64,000 nucleotides of DNA. Source: a virus. Taxonomy: Duplodnaviria; Caudoviricetes. The stretch is from IMG/VR virus record IMGVR_UViG_3300047561_001970, positions 1-64,000 of that record; one strand, 5' to 3'. The first letter of the stretch is position 1, and each line of letters begins with the position of its first letter. Below, in pieces: positions 26,875 through 37,500 of this stretch. Position numbers and translations under genes: made by a program. A model generated the notes under the pieces. It had not been told where the DNA came from. It saw only the letters and a program-made list of their open reading frames with translations, and searched no databases.

Positions 26875-27263
26875 TTGGGTTATCTGCATTGGGTAGTTTT
26901 AGGGAAGACATAGCATCTTTGGCGCAACTATCACAGAATAGCTATGAGAATATTTTTAGAATGTATCCCACAGAGGACACACAAACAAAGACATTTCTTT
27001 ATTATAATCTTCTCAATAGTATATATATACCCACACCGTTGCAGTCAGATACTTACTACACCATTACCTTGAATAGGATCATGCCATGGACTGTTATTAG
27101 TTACGATGAATACAAGACAATGAATCTGTGGTGGTTAATTGTATTGGCAAATAACATCTATAACCCCATAATGTACCCACCTGCAGGTACCCGTCTCAAT
27201 ATCATAAAGCCTAGTTTCGTCCCGGCAATTATTAACAACATCAATGTTCAATTAAAACAATAA
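26871..27263 (+). CDS. gp53: Baseplate wedge protein, LysM-like
   Basis: ISYDEYKTMNLWWLIVLANNIYNP...GTRLNIIKP. Confidence 0.85.
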   Translation: MIGLSALGSFREDIASLAQLSQNSYENIFRMYPTEDTQTKTFLYYNLLNSIYIPTPLQSDTYYTITLNRIMPWTVISYDEYKTMNLWWLIVLANNIYNPIMYPPAGTRLNIIKPSFVPAIINNINVQLKQ

Positions 27264-28807
27264 TGCACCCTGTACTACAAAATCTTGGTTTTAACTCTTT
27301 TGATGATGATATTGTAACGATATCAGATAATAAGTACCACTTCAACGTCATACTGTTGAATACTAGTGGAAATTTTGCTAAAATAAATTATTCTGCTATT
27401 GTCGATTTTAAGATGGTAGACAGAATTTCTTCTTTTTACACTAATGGTTATATTGTTTTTAATAATCAGTTAGACACTCTAGAGAGCTTTGATAGCATTG
27501 GAAGTAATACAGATGGTGAAATAAACAAATCATTTAAACCATATGCCTTTCGTGGAGATGGTAGAGATTTATTACTGGTTCAAATAGAACCATTTTTTGA
27601 TCGTGATGATATGGGCGTTCTTAATAATTCTAAAACTAAAAATCCTGATTTATCCATAAATTATCTTTTTTCGGTATACGATTCGGAAGATCTTATTTTT
27701 GAAGATAAAACCATGAAGCAAAAAAAGCTTTTTCTATATGACTACACCTATCAACTTTTAAAAGAAAAAAATTCTTATTTTAGTACAGGAAGATATAGCA
27801 AAGGTACAGGAAATGAAGAGCGTAGTATATATACAGGTGATGCAATAAAAAAGCTCTTAGAAGAAGTCTACAAAGAATACAACCTCACATTACAAATAGG
27901 AGAATGGGACCAGGGTGGTACAAAGATTTTCTACAGCAGTCCATCTCATTATAAGGCTATTGATGATTTACAATATTTGCTTGATAACCATGTGAGCGAT
28001 TCTGCCAATCAAAATTGTCCCGCTATACTAATGAAACATAATGAGGTTTGGTCGTTGACTCCAATTACAAAATTATTTACTAATGCATACTATCGTGGAA
28101 ATAATTCGTTTGGTGATTTAGGGGGCTCAGGTCTAGTAGAAAACTTTATTCTCGGAAAACAACAAACGGACAGCGGCGCAGCCAATGATCAACCTAAACG
28201 AAATCCCTCATCCCTATTTTCGTATGATTTAACTGATTATTCCTTAGTTGATAATTTTCAAATATCAAACCCTGCATCAGTTGATGTGACTAATAACCTA
28301 GTTTCTCATATGGTGCATAACTACGATGTAAACAAGAAAGTGTTCAGCATTGATATAACAGAGAATAATATCAACAAAAGTGTGGAAACATATAAGAAGA
28401 ACTTTGTTAATACCTTGAAGGGTAGCAGAGGTCTCAACCCTACATCCAACCTGCCTCTAAATCAAACAAGACTCCAGCAAAAAAATATTCTGAACAAATA
28501 CAATCCCAACCCAGACCAGATATCACGGTTAAACTCAGGTCGAAACAGATTCTTACTCTCAAGTATTTTTCTCAATACTTCTATATCATTTAGATGTCGC
28601 GGCAATGTGGTGAGAAACCCTGGCAAATTCATTACTATTTCACGTTCTGATAGCCAGACTAATAACGAATTTGATAATAAATCTTTAGGTATGTACATGG
28701 TAACTGCAATTGAGCATGTGTTTGGCACTGGCACATATTTTAACAATATAGTTGCTGTTAAAACTTACAATTTCAATAAAGGTAACAACAGTGATGCATC
28801 CATATGA
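27263..28807 (+). CDS. Baseplate hub protein (gp27/VgrG-like)
   Basis: C-terminal ISFRCRGNVVRNPGKFITI...GMYMVTAIEHVF; position after gp53. Confidence 0.7.
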   Translation: MHPVLQNLGFNSFDDDIVTISDNKYHFNVILLNTSGNFAKINYSAIVDFKMVDRISSFYTNGYIVFNNQLDTLESFDSIGSNTDGEINKSFKPYAFRGDGRDLLLVQIEPFFDRDDMGVLNNSKTKNPDLSINYLFSVYDSEDLIFEDKTMKQKKLFLYDYTYQLLKEKNSYFSTGRYSKGTGNEERSIYTGDAIKKLLEEVYKEYNLTLQIGEWDQGGTKIFYSSPSHYKAIDDLQYLLDNHVSDSANQNCPAILMKHNEVWSLTPITKLFTNAYYRGNNSFGDLGGSGLVENFILGKQQTDSGAANDQPKRNPSSLFSYDLTDYSLVDNFQISNPASVDVTNNLVSHMVHNYDVNKKVFSIDITENNINKSVETYKKNFVNTLKGSRGLNPTSNLPLNQTRLQQKNILNKYNPNPDQISRLNSGRNRFLLSSIFLNTSISFRCRGNVVRNPGKFITISRSDSQTNNEFDNKSLGMYMVTAIEHVFGTGTYFNNIVAVKTYNFNKGNNSDASI

Positions 28808-29649
28808 ACTCTAAAACTATAGACCCTCAGTTAACACAAATTAATCTCTTCTATAAGAAAGAGTTCTATAACAAAGCATCAAATTTTTTATCTACTATTA
28901 ATAGCTACTCCACTGAACTGCAGACTTCCATTGATTACAGTCTGACAAAGGTACAGAATGATGTTATTACATCACAGAGAGATTTCTTTATTAAACTAGA
29001 TAATCAAATGAAGACCATGCAACCACAATTTGCTGCAGATTGGATTTCTAAATTTAATACTGCTCTTAATGAAGTAAAAAACCAAGTAAGAGTAAAAATT
29101 AATGAAGGGACTTTCTATAAACAATTTAGCGATAGCATAGGTAGTTTGGCGCGACTAGAGAACTATTTGGATGACTCCTTGCAGCTTGTAAGTGATGTCA
29201 CAGGTAGCAAGATGATGACACCATTACGGTATGGTGCAAGTTTGACCAATAAAATGAGTCCATCGACACAACTGCTACATGCAGAACTCAGTAAGAAAAC
29301 AAATATGGTATTTCGCAAAAATATTCAAAATATACAGAGCACAGTGCAGAGTGGCAATGTTTCTCAAGGAAGCAATTTAACACCTGATACCCAGCATTTT
29401 GTTCGCATGAAAAACGCCATACCTGGGTTAAATCAAAAAATACAATCAGAATTTAAGGAACTATACAACGTTATACAGCTGTACTGCAACTACAACCCAC
29501 GTGCCGCCACTAACAACATACAATTTGTGCCCAATACTAATATTTCTGTTAATGTTGAAGGCAATACTTTGAATCAAGACCTCTTATTTAATCAACTAAA
29601 AGAAGTTACAAGCTCGGTGACGACTCGGAAAGTTCTGGGGGTTTCGTAA
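28804..29649 (+). CDS. Hypothetical helical protein
   Basis: 281 aa, ATGA-coupled. Confidence 0.7.
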   Translation: MNSKTIDPQLTQINLFYKKEFYNKASNFLSTINSYSTELQTSIDYSLTKVQNDVITSQRDFFIKLDNQMKTMQPQFAADWISKFNTALNEVKNQVRVKINEGTFYKQFSDSIGSLARLENYLDDSLQLVSDVTGSKMMTPLRYGASLTNKMSPSTQLLHAELSKKTNMVFRKNIQNIQSTVQSGNVSQGSNLTPDTQHFVRMKNAIPGLNQKIQSEFKELYNVIQLYCNYNPRAATNNIQFVPNTNISVNVEGNTLNQDLLFNQLKEVTSSVTTRKVLGVS

Positions 29650-30100
29650 TTATCGAAGCTTCTGCCTCTATCACCTTAGCATCTTCCATTATCTTCTTAA
29701 AGAGTTCGTCTCGGGTAATAAAAAGACCTACTCTGTTCTCTTCTTGCTTAATATTTTTCCTTGCCTCAATCTCCATGGTCTTAAGATCCTTGGCACTGTC
29801 ACGCTTTATCTGGGACACATGAATATCCTTGACCACAGAGAGTGCACTTGCTACTGCTTTTAGTGCATCAGATAGAGCCAGTACTTCTCTGCTTTCCGGA
29901 TTATTCATAACATACTCTTTCACCCCTTCCACAATTTCAAGCCCCTGAGTTACCAATCTACCTGTACTGTTCAATACAAATTCTTCCAATTTATCCTTGG
30001 GCAAATTAAACTCTTCATTCTTTAGGAGAGCTTTATTTTCCTTGGTATTAATGTTCAGTTCATTAATAAGATCATTGACACTGAATTCTTTTTCGTCCAC
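29606..30100 (-). CDS. gp16: Terminase small subunit-like
   Basis: Helical core GLEIVEGVKEYVMNNPESREVLALSDALKAVA and C-terminal LFITRDELFKKI follow the gp16 pattern. Start reassigned to GTG 30100, 4 nt after GATAAATA. Confidence 0.6.
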   Translation of the reverse strand: MDEKEFSVNDLINELNINTKENKALLKNEEFNLPKDKLEEFVLNSTGRLVTQGLEIVEGVKEYVMNNPESREVLALSDALKAVASALSVVKDIHVSQIKRDSAKDLKTMEIEARKNIKQEENRVGLFITRDELFKKIMEDAKVIEAEASIITKPPELSESSPSL

Positions 30101-30104
30101 ATTA

Positions 30105-30112
30105 TATTTATC
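30105..30112 (-). promoter_or_regulatory. T4-type late promoter
   Basis: GATAAATA. Confidence 0.6.
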
Positions 30113-30114
30113 CA

Positions 30115-30142
30115 TTGAATTCGATATACCATACGTTATATT
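30115..30142 (+). promoter_or_regulatory. sigma70-like promoter
   Basis: TTGAAT-N16-TATATT, 6 nt before ATG 30149. Confidence 0.55.
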
Positions 30143-30148
30143 AGGTTT

Positions 30149-30592
30149 ATGGAGCTACCCACCTATAATCCTTTCATGAAGTTCGAAAAAACACACCCAG
30201 GAGCTGTGTTACCACAGAAGAATTACCCGTCTGATTCAGGTTGGGATCTCTCAGCTGTGGAAAACACAGTCATTCCAGCCAATGGCCGAGTTGTAGTGCC
30301 AGTAGGCTTAAAATTAGCTTACATTGAACCGGGGTATTGGATAAGTGTGGAATCAAGATCAGGATTAAGTTTCAAAAGTGGTGTTCTGGCACATCCTGGT
30401 GTCATTGATCAGAACTACAGAGGGGACTTGGGAGTGCTACTGTACAATCATTGTGATCAAGCATATCAGGTTAATAGAGGTGATAGGATTGCACAGTTGG
30501 TAGTACACTTTAACATTCAAATGTCTGTTGATTGGGGTGCAGTACAGATAGCTGATCGTGGTGAAAAGGGTTTTGGCAGCAGCGGTAAATAA
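30149..30592 (+). CDS. dut: Trimeric dUTPase
   Basis: All five motifs: SGWDL, SRSGLS, GVIDQNYRG, GDRIAQL, RGEKGFGSSG. Confidence 0.97.
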   Translation: MELPTYNPFMKFEKTHPGAVLPQKNYPSDSGWDLSAVENTVIPANGRVVVPVGLKLAYIEPGYWISVESRSGLSFKSGVLAHPGVIDQNYRGDLGVLLYNHCDQAYQVNRGDRIAQLVVHFNIQMSVDWGAVQIADRGEKGFGSSGK

Positions 30593-30593
30593 T

Positions 30594-31529
30594 ATGGATG
30601 TAGATAAACTTTGGGTGGAAAAATATCGACCCAAGAACGTTGATGATATTGTGTTATCTGATAACACCAGAAAAATAGTTAATTCTTTCATACAGAACGA
30701 GGAAATTCCTAATCTAATGTTCTGTGGTCATCAAGGCATAGGTAAGACAACCACATCGAAAGTCTTGATTGCAGCTCTAGATGCAGAGCACATTTATCAA
30801 AATTGTTCTGAAGTTGGAATTGATGCAGTAAGAAATGACATAACTGGTTTCAGCAGAACAAAGAGTTTTAACGGAAAAAAGAAGATTGTGTTGCTAGATG
30901 AAGTGGATGGAATGGCTTCCATGGAAGCCCAGAGATCGCTGCGCAATGTACTGGAAGAATATGCTGCACATTGCAGGTTCATTTTAACTTGCAACTATAA
31001 ACACAGAGTCATTGGACCTTTGCAAAGCCGGTGTCAATTTATAGATATAGAACCAAGCTTGCCAGCTGTGCTCAAGAGATGTTACACTATTCTTAAGATG
31101 GAGAATATTGTTGTTGATGAAAGCAATAAGAAGAAGTTGGTGGGATTAATTCGAAAATATTTCCCTGACATACGCAAATGTATTAATGAAATGCAAAAAT
31201 ATAGTAGTACTGGCGTTTTATCAATTCCTGAATTAAACATTCAAGATGAATTTACTGATAAAATAATTACTTTAATTACTAGCAAGAAAGCTCAAGCTGT
31301 ACGAAAGTTAATCATTGAAAATGAGGCAGCATTTCAAGGTGATTATTCCCTACTAATGAAATCACTTTTTGACTCTACTTGCAATGGAAATTACTCTCTA
31401 GGAGAGCAACAAAAAAAGCTATGGCTGATTACTATTGGTGAATATATGTATAGATCAGCGTTTGTAGTTGATCAAGAAATTAACTTCTATTGTCTGGTGT
31501 TAGCTTTGTCAGATATTAATGTGTCTTAG
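30594..31529 (+). CDS. gp44: Clamp loader large subunit (RFC-like AAA+)
   Basis: LWVEKYRP, GHQGIGKTT, LLDEVD, FILTCN, SRC, PDIRKCIN; start ATG 30594. Confidence 0.95.
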   Translation: MDVDKLWVEKYRPKNVDDIVLSDNTRKIVNSFIQNEEIPNLMFCGHQGIGKTTTSKVLIAALDAEHIYQNCSEVGIDAVRNDITGFSRTKSFNGKKKIVLLDEVDGMASMEAQRSLRNVLEEYAAHCRFILTCNYKHRVIGPLQSRCQFIDIEPSLPAVLKRCYTILKMENIVVDESNKKKLVGLIRKYFPDIRKCINEMQKYSSTGVLSIPELNIQDEFTDKIITLITSKKAQAVRKLIIENEAAFQGDYSLLMKSLFDSTCNGNYSLGEQQKKLWLITIGEYMYRSAFVVDQEINFYCLVLALSDINVS

Positions 31530-32137
31530 GTGTAGCGTTTCTTGGGTAGATATCTGTGTGTGCCTGACGCAACACTTGGATTTGGAGCATCTTTAACTGG
31601 GACGCTAGGAATTTTTGTATTAAAATTATTTAATTTTCTGTCACCTTCAGAATCCTTCTTGTCACCCACATCACTAGTGAGGGTTTGACGTTGCGGAGAT
31701 AACATCAACTCTTCTTCATCCTTAATATCAACCTCTTGAGGTTTGACTATGGTGTGATTATGTCTCTTCAAGCTGTCTGGTACAGGTAATAAATTTGGAT
31801 AAACATCAATAGGTGTGAGTAGATGAGCTGGGATTGTCAGGAATTCTTTATAACAGCCGGGTGCTAGCTCTTGCACAACATCAATTAGAAATTCATCTGC
31901 TTCATTCTGTACGTCGCCTGCGTGGATCGTGGGTCTTACAGCTTTCACAGCACTAACTCTTAGGTTTAATCCGCCTTCATGGAAAGCTCTAGCCTTCTGA
32001 ACGTAATTTGGTGCTTGTTTCTTGAAGAAATCGTCTTTAAATGCATTATCTATAAATTTTACCAAATCTCCCGTTAAAAATCCACCACGTGTGTACCGTT
32101 GAATTGCGGACTCATACATCTTGACAAACTTATTCAT
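31526..32137 (-). CDS. Hypothetical late protein
   Basis: 203 aa, begins MNKFVKMYE; CATAAATA upstream. Confidence 0.8.
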   Translation of the reverse strand: MNKFVKMYESAIQRYTRGGFLTGDLVKFIDNAFKDDFFKKQAPNYVQKARAFHEGGLNLRVSAVKAVRPTIHAGDVQNEADEFLIDVVQELAPGCYKEFLTIPAHLLTPIDVYPNLLPVPDSLKRHNHTIVKPQEVDIKDEEELMLSPQRQTLTSDVGDKKDSEGDRKLNNFNTKIPSVPVKDAPNPSVASGTHRYLPKKRYT

Positions 32138-32143
32138 ATATAG

Positions 32144-32151
32144 TATTTATG
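32144..32151 (-). promoter_or_regulatory. T4-type late promoter
   Basis: CATAAATA, 6 nt before ATG 32137. Confidence 0.65.
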
Positions 32152-32174
32152 TTCTTATAGAACAATTATCCTTA

Positions 32175-32182
32175 TATAAATA
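32175..32182 (+). promoter_or_regulatory. T4-type late promoter
   Basis: TATAAATA, 5 nt before ATG 32188. Confidence 0.8.
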
Positions 32183-32187
32183 ATGCT

Positions 32188-32655
32188 ATGGCAGCAATAG
32201 TAGTCAACTCTGTAACTTCAACAGTTTCTGGCTCTCTCTATAAAGACTTGTTACTGGACGTGAAAATAGACTATACACGAAATACTCAGCTTCTCAAGCG
32301 AAGAGAAGTAAAAGACATTCAAATTTCAGAAAATATCAATGCAATAAAAAACAGTCTATTTAACCTATTTACAACTATGCCAGGACAAAAAATTCTTAAC
32401 CCAGTTTATGGTTTGAATCTTACTCAATATCTATTCGTCCAAGCCACTCGACAGCAAGGTAGAATTATAGGCGAGACCATACTCAAGGGTGTGAGCAAGT
32501 ATGAGCCTCGTGTAACCATGAGAAAGCTCAACGTTGAAGTTGATGAAGATAATAATCAATACAACATCTTTATGCTAATCGATGTGCCGACGTTAAATAT
32601 TACAGGGGTTAGCCTAAAAGGTGTTTTAGGTGACTCCGGATATTATTTTAATTAA
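32188..32655 (+). CDS. gp25: Baseplate wedge / sheath initiator
   Basis: AIKNSLFNLFTTMPGQKILNPVYGLNL...YEPRV. Confidence 0.93.
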   Translation: MAAIVVNSVTSTVSGSLYKDLLLDVKIDYTRNTQLLKRREVKDIQISENINAIKNSLFNLFTTMPGQKILNPVYGLNLTQYLFVQATRQQGRIIGETILKGVSKYEPRVTMRKLNVEVDEDNNQYNIFMLIDVPTLNITGVSLKGVLGDSGYYFN

Positions 32656-34526
32656 TGAAAACCATAACCAGCAATCAATTTGACTTGCCGTTTAATGCCT
32701 ATGCGGCGTTTGATGCTACCTCTCTAAAATCACTCATGCAGCAACGCCTCACACAGGGTGGAGTATTTACAGATCAAATTTTTGAAGGAAGCAATTTCAA
32801 TAGCGTTCTCGACATTATTGCATATAGTTACCATGTTTTGTTATTTTATCTTAACAAGACAGCAAGTGAAAGCATGTATAATCAAGCACAGTTATATGAG
32901 AACATGAATAAAATCGTTAAGGCATTGAATTACAATCCAATTGGGTTCCAAACAAGTATTCTCAATTTCAACGCTATTGCACCCTCTACGCTACCAACTG
33001 GCATATATACAATTCCTAGGTATTCATACTTCACAGTTAACGGTCTCAATTATTCCTTCACAGAGGATACATCCTTTATTAAGACAGAAACTGGAACAGA
33101 GCCATTGACACAACTTGGACAGACAGCTTTGCTCTATCAAGGATTATTCCAGGAATATCCAATATATATTGCCACTGGATCACCCTTTGAACAGTTCTCG
33201 CTTGCTGCTACAGGCCCTGATAATAATAATGAATTGGTTGACCATACAAATATTCATGTGTATGTACTTGATGAATCAGGTGTATGGACACAATGGAACC
33301 GAGTGGATAGCCTGTACCTGGAGGGGCCTACGAGTAAGAGCTTTGAATGTAGATTGAATGAAAATCAACGGTATGTTATTAAGTTTGGTAACAATGTGAG
33401 CGGTCAGCAATTGCTGCCCAATTACTTGGTTGCTGTATATTATCTCAAAAGTGATGGGGCACCAGGTCAAGTTGGTTCAGGCGTCCTGGATGGTAACACT
33501 TTGTTTATCTACAACACAACACAATTTACTAATATTTTTAATAATGTAAAAAATATTAATCAATCGTATTTAACTTCTCCGCAAGCAGCCTCACTCACGT
33601 TTTCAAATACAAACGCTTCAACAGACTTTGCACAACTTGAAACAGCAGAGAGTATGAGAAACAACGCTGCAAATACATTTAAAACACAGTACAGGCTCAT
33701 TACAACATCTGATTTCAAGCTTTTTATTAAAAACAAATATGATAATTTTATTAATGATGTTGCTGTTGTGAATAACTGGGATTATGTTGCTGATCATATG
33801 CGATATTATTATAATATTGGGTTAAAATCGCCCAATAATGATAGTAGGGTGCTATTAAACCAGGTTAATTTTTCTGATAGTTGCGATTTTAATAATATAT
33901 ACGTTTACATTGTACCCAAGCTACAAAAAACTAACAGCGTTCAAATCAATAATAACTTTCTGTCCACCGGCTTGAAGGATTACATTATTAGAGGACTTCA
34001 GAATGTGAAGATGGCCACCTCGGAGGTCGTTATGATGGACCCTGTTTACACAGCATTCGGGTTGGGTGTCGCTACAGGTACAGAAATTAACGATAAACAG
34101 CTTACACCTGATATCATAGCAGATACTAAGCTGATTGTTACAAGAAATCCGAATTCACGATTCAGTGAAAATGAGCTTCGGCGTCAAATCTTTAAAATAA
34201 TTAAAGATTATTTTGATCCACAGAATGCCACTCTAGGTCAATTGGTGAGTCTGGACCAACTAACAACAACTATCTTAGATATTGATGGCACAGTGTCTAT
34301 GTATTGTACCAGAACAGTGAATGGTGTAGAGGTTGTTAGAAATGGGTTGAGCTTTTTGGTGTTTAACCCTGTGTATAGCAACCCAGGTGAAGATATTCAA
34401 GTTATCACACAGAGTCTGCCTTTGCCCTACTTTAAGGTGCCGTACCTGTATAATGTAGATAATCTTTTAAATCAAATCAAGATTGTTACACCAGATCTAC
34501 AAGCTGCAAGTGTAAGGGAGTACTAA
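32655..34526 (+). CDS. gp6: Baseplate wedge subunit
   Basis: FTDQIFEGSNFNSVLDIIAY, AQLYEN, FGNNVSG, ETAESMRNNA...RLITTSDF. Confidence 0.9.
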   Translation: MKTITSNQFDLPFNAYAAFDATSLKSLMQQRLTQGGVFTDQIFEGSNFNSVLDIIAYSYHVLLFYLNKTASESMYNQAQLYENMNKIVKALNYNPIGFQTSILNFNAIAPSTLPTGIYTIPRYSYFTVNGLNYSFTEDTSFIKTETGTEPLTQLGQTALLYQGLFQEYPIYIATGSPFEQFSLAATGPDNNNELVDHTNIHVYVLDESGVWTQWNRVDSLYLEGPTSKSFECRLNENQRYVIKFGNNVSGQQLLPNYLVAVYYLKSDGAPGQVGSGVLDGNTLFIYNTTQFTNIFNNVKNINQSYLTSPQAASLTFSNTNASTDFAQLETAESMRNNAANTFKTQYRLITTSDFKLFIKNKYDNFINDVAVVNNWDYVADHMRYYYNIGLKSPNNDSRVLLNQVNFSDSCDFNNIYVYIVPKLQKTNSVQINNNFLSTGLKDYIIRGLQNVKMATSEVVMMDPVYTAFGLGVATGTEINDKQLTPDIIADTKLIVTRNPNSRFSENELRRQIFKIIKDYFDPQNATLGQLVSLDQLTTTILDIDGTVSMYCTRTVNGVEVVRNGLSFLVFNPVYSNPGEDIQVITQSLPLPYFKVPYLYNVDNLLNQIKIVTPDLQAASVREY

Positions 34527-34527
34527 T

Positions 34528-37500
34528 ATGTTGCCGTTGACGGCCGTGAGAATACAAATCACTACAGCTGACTCCGATGCAGTTCCATTAACGTATACAA
34601 GTTACACACTACCGAGCACCCCCTTTTACATTAAACCTATTTTATTTGATGATACCTATAATCGGTTTAATATTCTGTGGAATTTTGGGGATGGTACCAC
34701 GTATACTGGTCCTAGTGCAACTCACTTCTACAAGTACCCAGGTACATATTTAATAACTGCGGTTGTTTATGATAATCTAGGAAATGCACAAACCGCTAGC
34801 ATAACACCAGATTTGCAAGCTGCATCAGTTACTGTTCAAAATGCACTGCCTGATTTGGTTATATTTAATAACCTGCAACCAGCAGGTACTCTTGGTGTAT
34901 ATACGCTGCCTGCTGGCAAGAGAAGCGAATCACTTGAGATATGGCGCTATAATTCCTGGCAAAATGATGATCTATTAAAAAGTAACGATTATACAGTTAT
35001 GTTGTATGCAAGTGGAAGTCATAGTGACTTTATGTCTGTTTCATCTTATTATACAAATAAATGGAGCCATTTAAAGAGTTATTTTGGGTTTATAGAGACG
35101 TATACTACCCCTGAAGGTATCAGTAGCTCAAGACTTATTGATAGTACACGAACAACTAGTACTAGTGTATTTGCTGAATGGTCGGATGATTATAACGCAC
35201 TACAATTTTATAATTATAAAAAACCAGGAACTTCATTTGCAGGCACAACCGGTACATCTATAGACTATAATGTGTCGTACGTTGATCAACGACCATCATC
35301 AAATGATGAAACATTAGTATTTTTATATGCAAACTTTAATACAAGAGGATTTTTAGAGCTAGATTCTACAATTAATGATCGGCAATTTAATAATATTAAT
35401 CATCCATATGGGTATATAAACTATCCTACACAGGTAAGTTATTTAAAATCTATTTTTAACCCCGCAGAGAGCCTCGCTATTACAAGCAATGGCATATCTA
35501 CTGAAGGCACATTACAGAATATAGGTCCGCTCTCAAGCCAATTATTACATTCGTTTAGTATATATCCAGTTAAATGGTGTAATACTGATATACCTTTTGT
35601 GGTTACATTTAAAGATATAGATCAATTTACAACAAAATGTTACCCACCAATAACTGGGTTCAAGTTCGATGGAAGCGATCCAACAGATGTTAATACTGTT
35701 AGCTTGGGATTATATAGAATTGTTGAGCAAGACCCAACAGCAACTTTCACACCCCTCAGTACATATAGACTCGATGATGTTGTGTTTAGACAAAACAATA
35801 ATGTTCCTCAATACCAGCGTAGTGGTGCTTATTTTTGTGGTGTTTTAAATACACCATCACCGGCATCAACTGTGGCAATAAGTGCAGCAGTGTTGATACA
35901 AGATAGCCCTGTTATAAATGTAGCAGCTGCTTACGGGTTTGCGGGACAACCTGGCTTCAAAAATATAAAACGTTTCAGCAAGGAGCCTATCTTTACGCAT
36001 GCACACTATGAAGATCTACACTTTGATTTGACAGGCAATTATCAGACCTACTTCACAACATCCAGCTCAACCATGCCAGTTAGTATATCTCCACTCAAAA
36101 CGTATAGCAGGGGTAATATTGATAAAGTGTGGGTAGCAGATTCAGACGAAGACATAATATATGTATATACGCTGTCTGGAACAATATTAAACACATTTAA
36201 GCTCTCAGCTATTCCAACGTTTATAGATAATTTTACAGCCCCAGAATCAAGATCGTATTTAGGGGATCTCAACAGTGCGAGTCCATCAAATATTGCTATT
36301 GATAGTAAAGGCAACGCTTGGATAACTTTATATGATGCCATTTCAACAATTCGCATTAATACTAGCACAGATGTAGTTGACGCAATTGCAGTTCCATCCT
36401 ATGATAATACTGTATTAATAGACCCTACGGTGTATATTTCATCTAAAGATACATTGAGTGGATTTGCGGGTGAAAATTTAATTCTTCCTTCATGCATTGA
36501 TACTGATACAGCTGATAATGTGTGGGTAGGTTATAGTCATCCAGTTAAAAGCTTTTTAATCAAATATAGTAGTTCAGGAAAACAACTCAGTGCTATTGAT
36601 CTTGAAGCTCCTCTTTCAATACAAGAGATTATTGTAGATAAGAACAACTATTTAATTGCTTTTGCTAAGAATTTAAATGAAAACGACCCTTATGCTTTTG
36701 CAAATTATGATAGTATATACAAGTGGGATTCTGATTTAAATCTAGTACCAGGTTACCCACTACAATTCAATAGCATTGGCAATATTACCATAGACTTGTA
36801 TCAAAATATCTGGGTACATCATGCATTCTCTAAACTCTCCCGTATCAATCCTGTAACTAATGATGTGCAAGAATATTTCATTGGTAGCTCTAATTTTGAC
36901 TCCCGATATTACCAAGGTATAGACGGCGTGGCTGCTGATAATGAAGGGTATGTCTGGATTCTCCATAACTATGAGGGAAAGATTTACTTTTTTCCTCAAA
37001 ATACTACTGCCCAACCTTCACTTTCATCATTATATAATTTAAATTTACCAGACATTCAGCGAACTGCCCCTGATGGAATGCAGGCCTTTTATAGTGTATT
37101 TGGGGATTGGACAGGTATTCGTTGGATCAACAAATACGTTTCTGCAATAAATCCACTTCCAAGAATCATACGGGGCAAGAGCAATCTTTTCAATATAATA
37201 CAAGATACTCCTATTATTAATAAAATAAATGAAAATTTTGATCAAGCTGCAAGCTATAAGAGCTATATTCTGCAGGAATCTCTGTTTGATAAGAATATAT
37301 TGTTGGACGATTTTATTGGACAAATAGTTGGTGATTACAATAGTCCACCAGAGGTTCTAGGCAAGACTATTTACGAGAGGATAGCTAATTTTAATGCAAA
37401 CACATCTGACCCAGAGACATGCACAACAGAATCTTTAAAGAGCTTAGCTCAACAGTATGGGCTGCAGTATTATGATTTCACCTCAGGTTACCCCTCCAAA

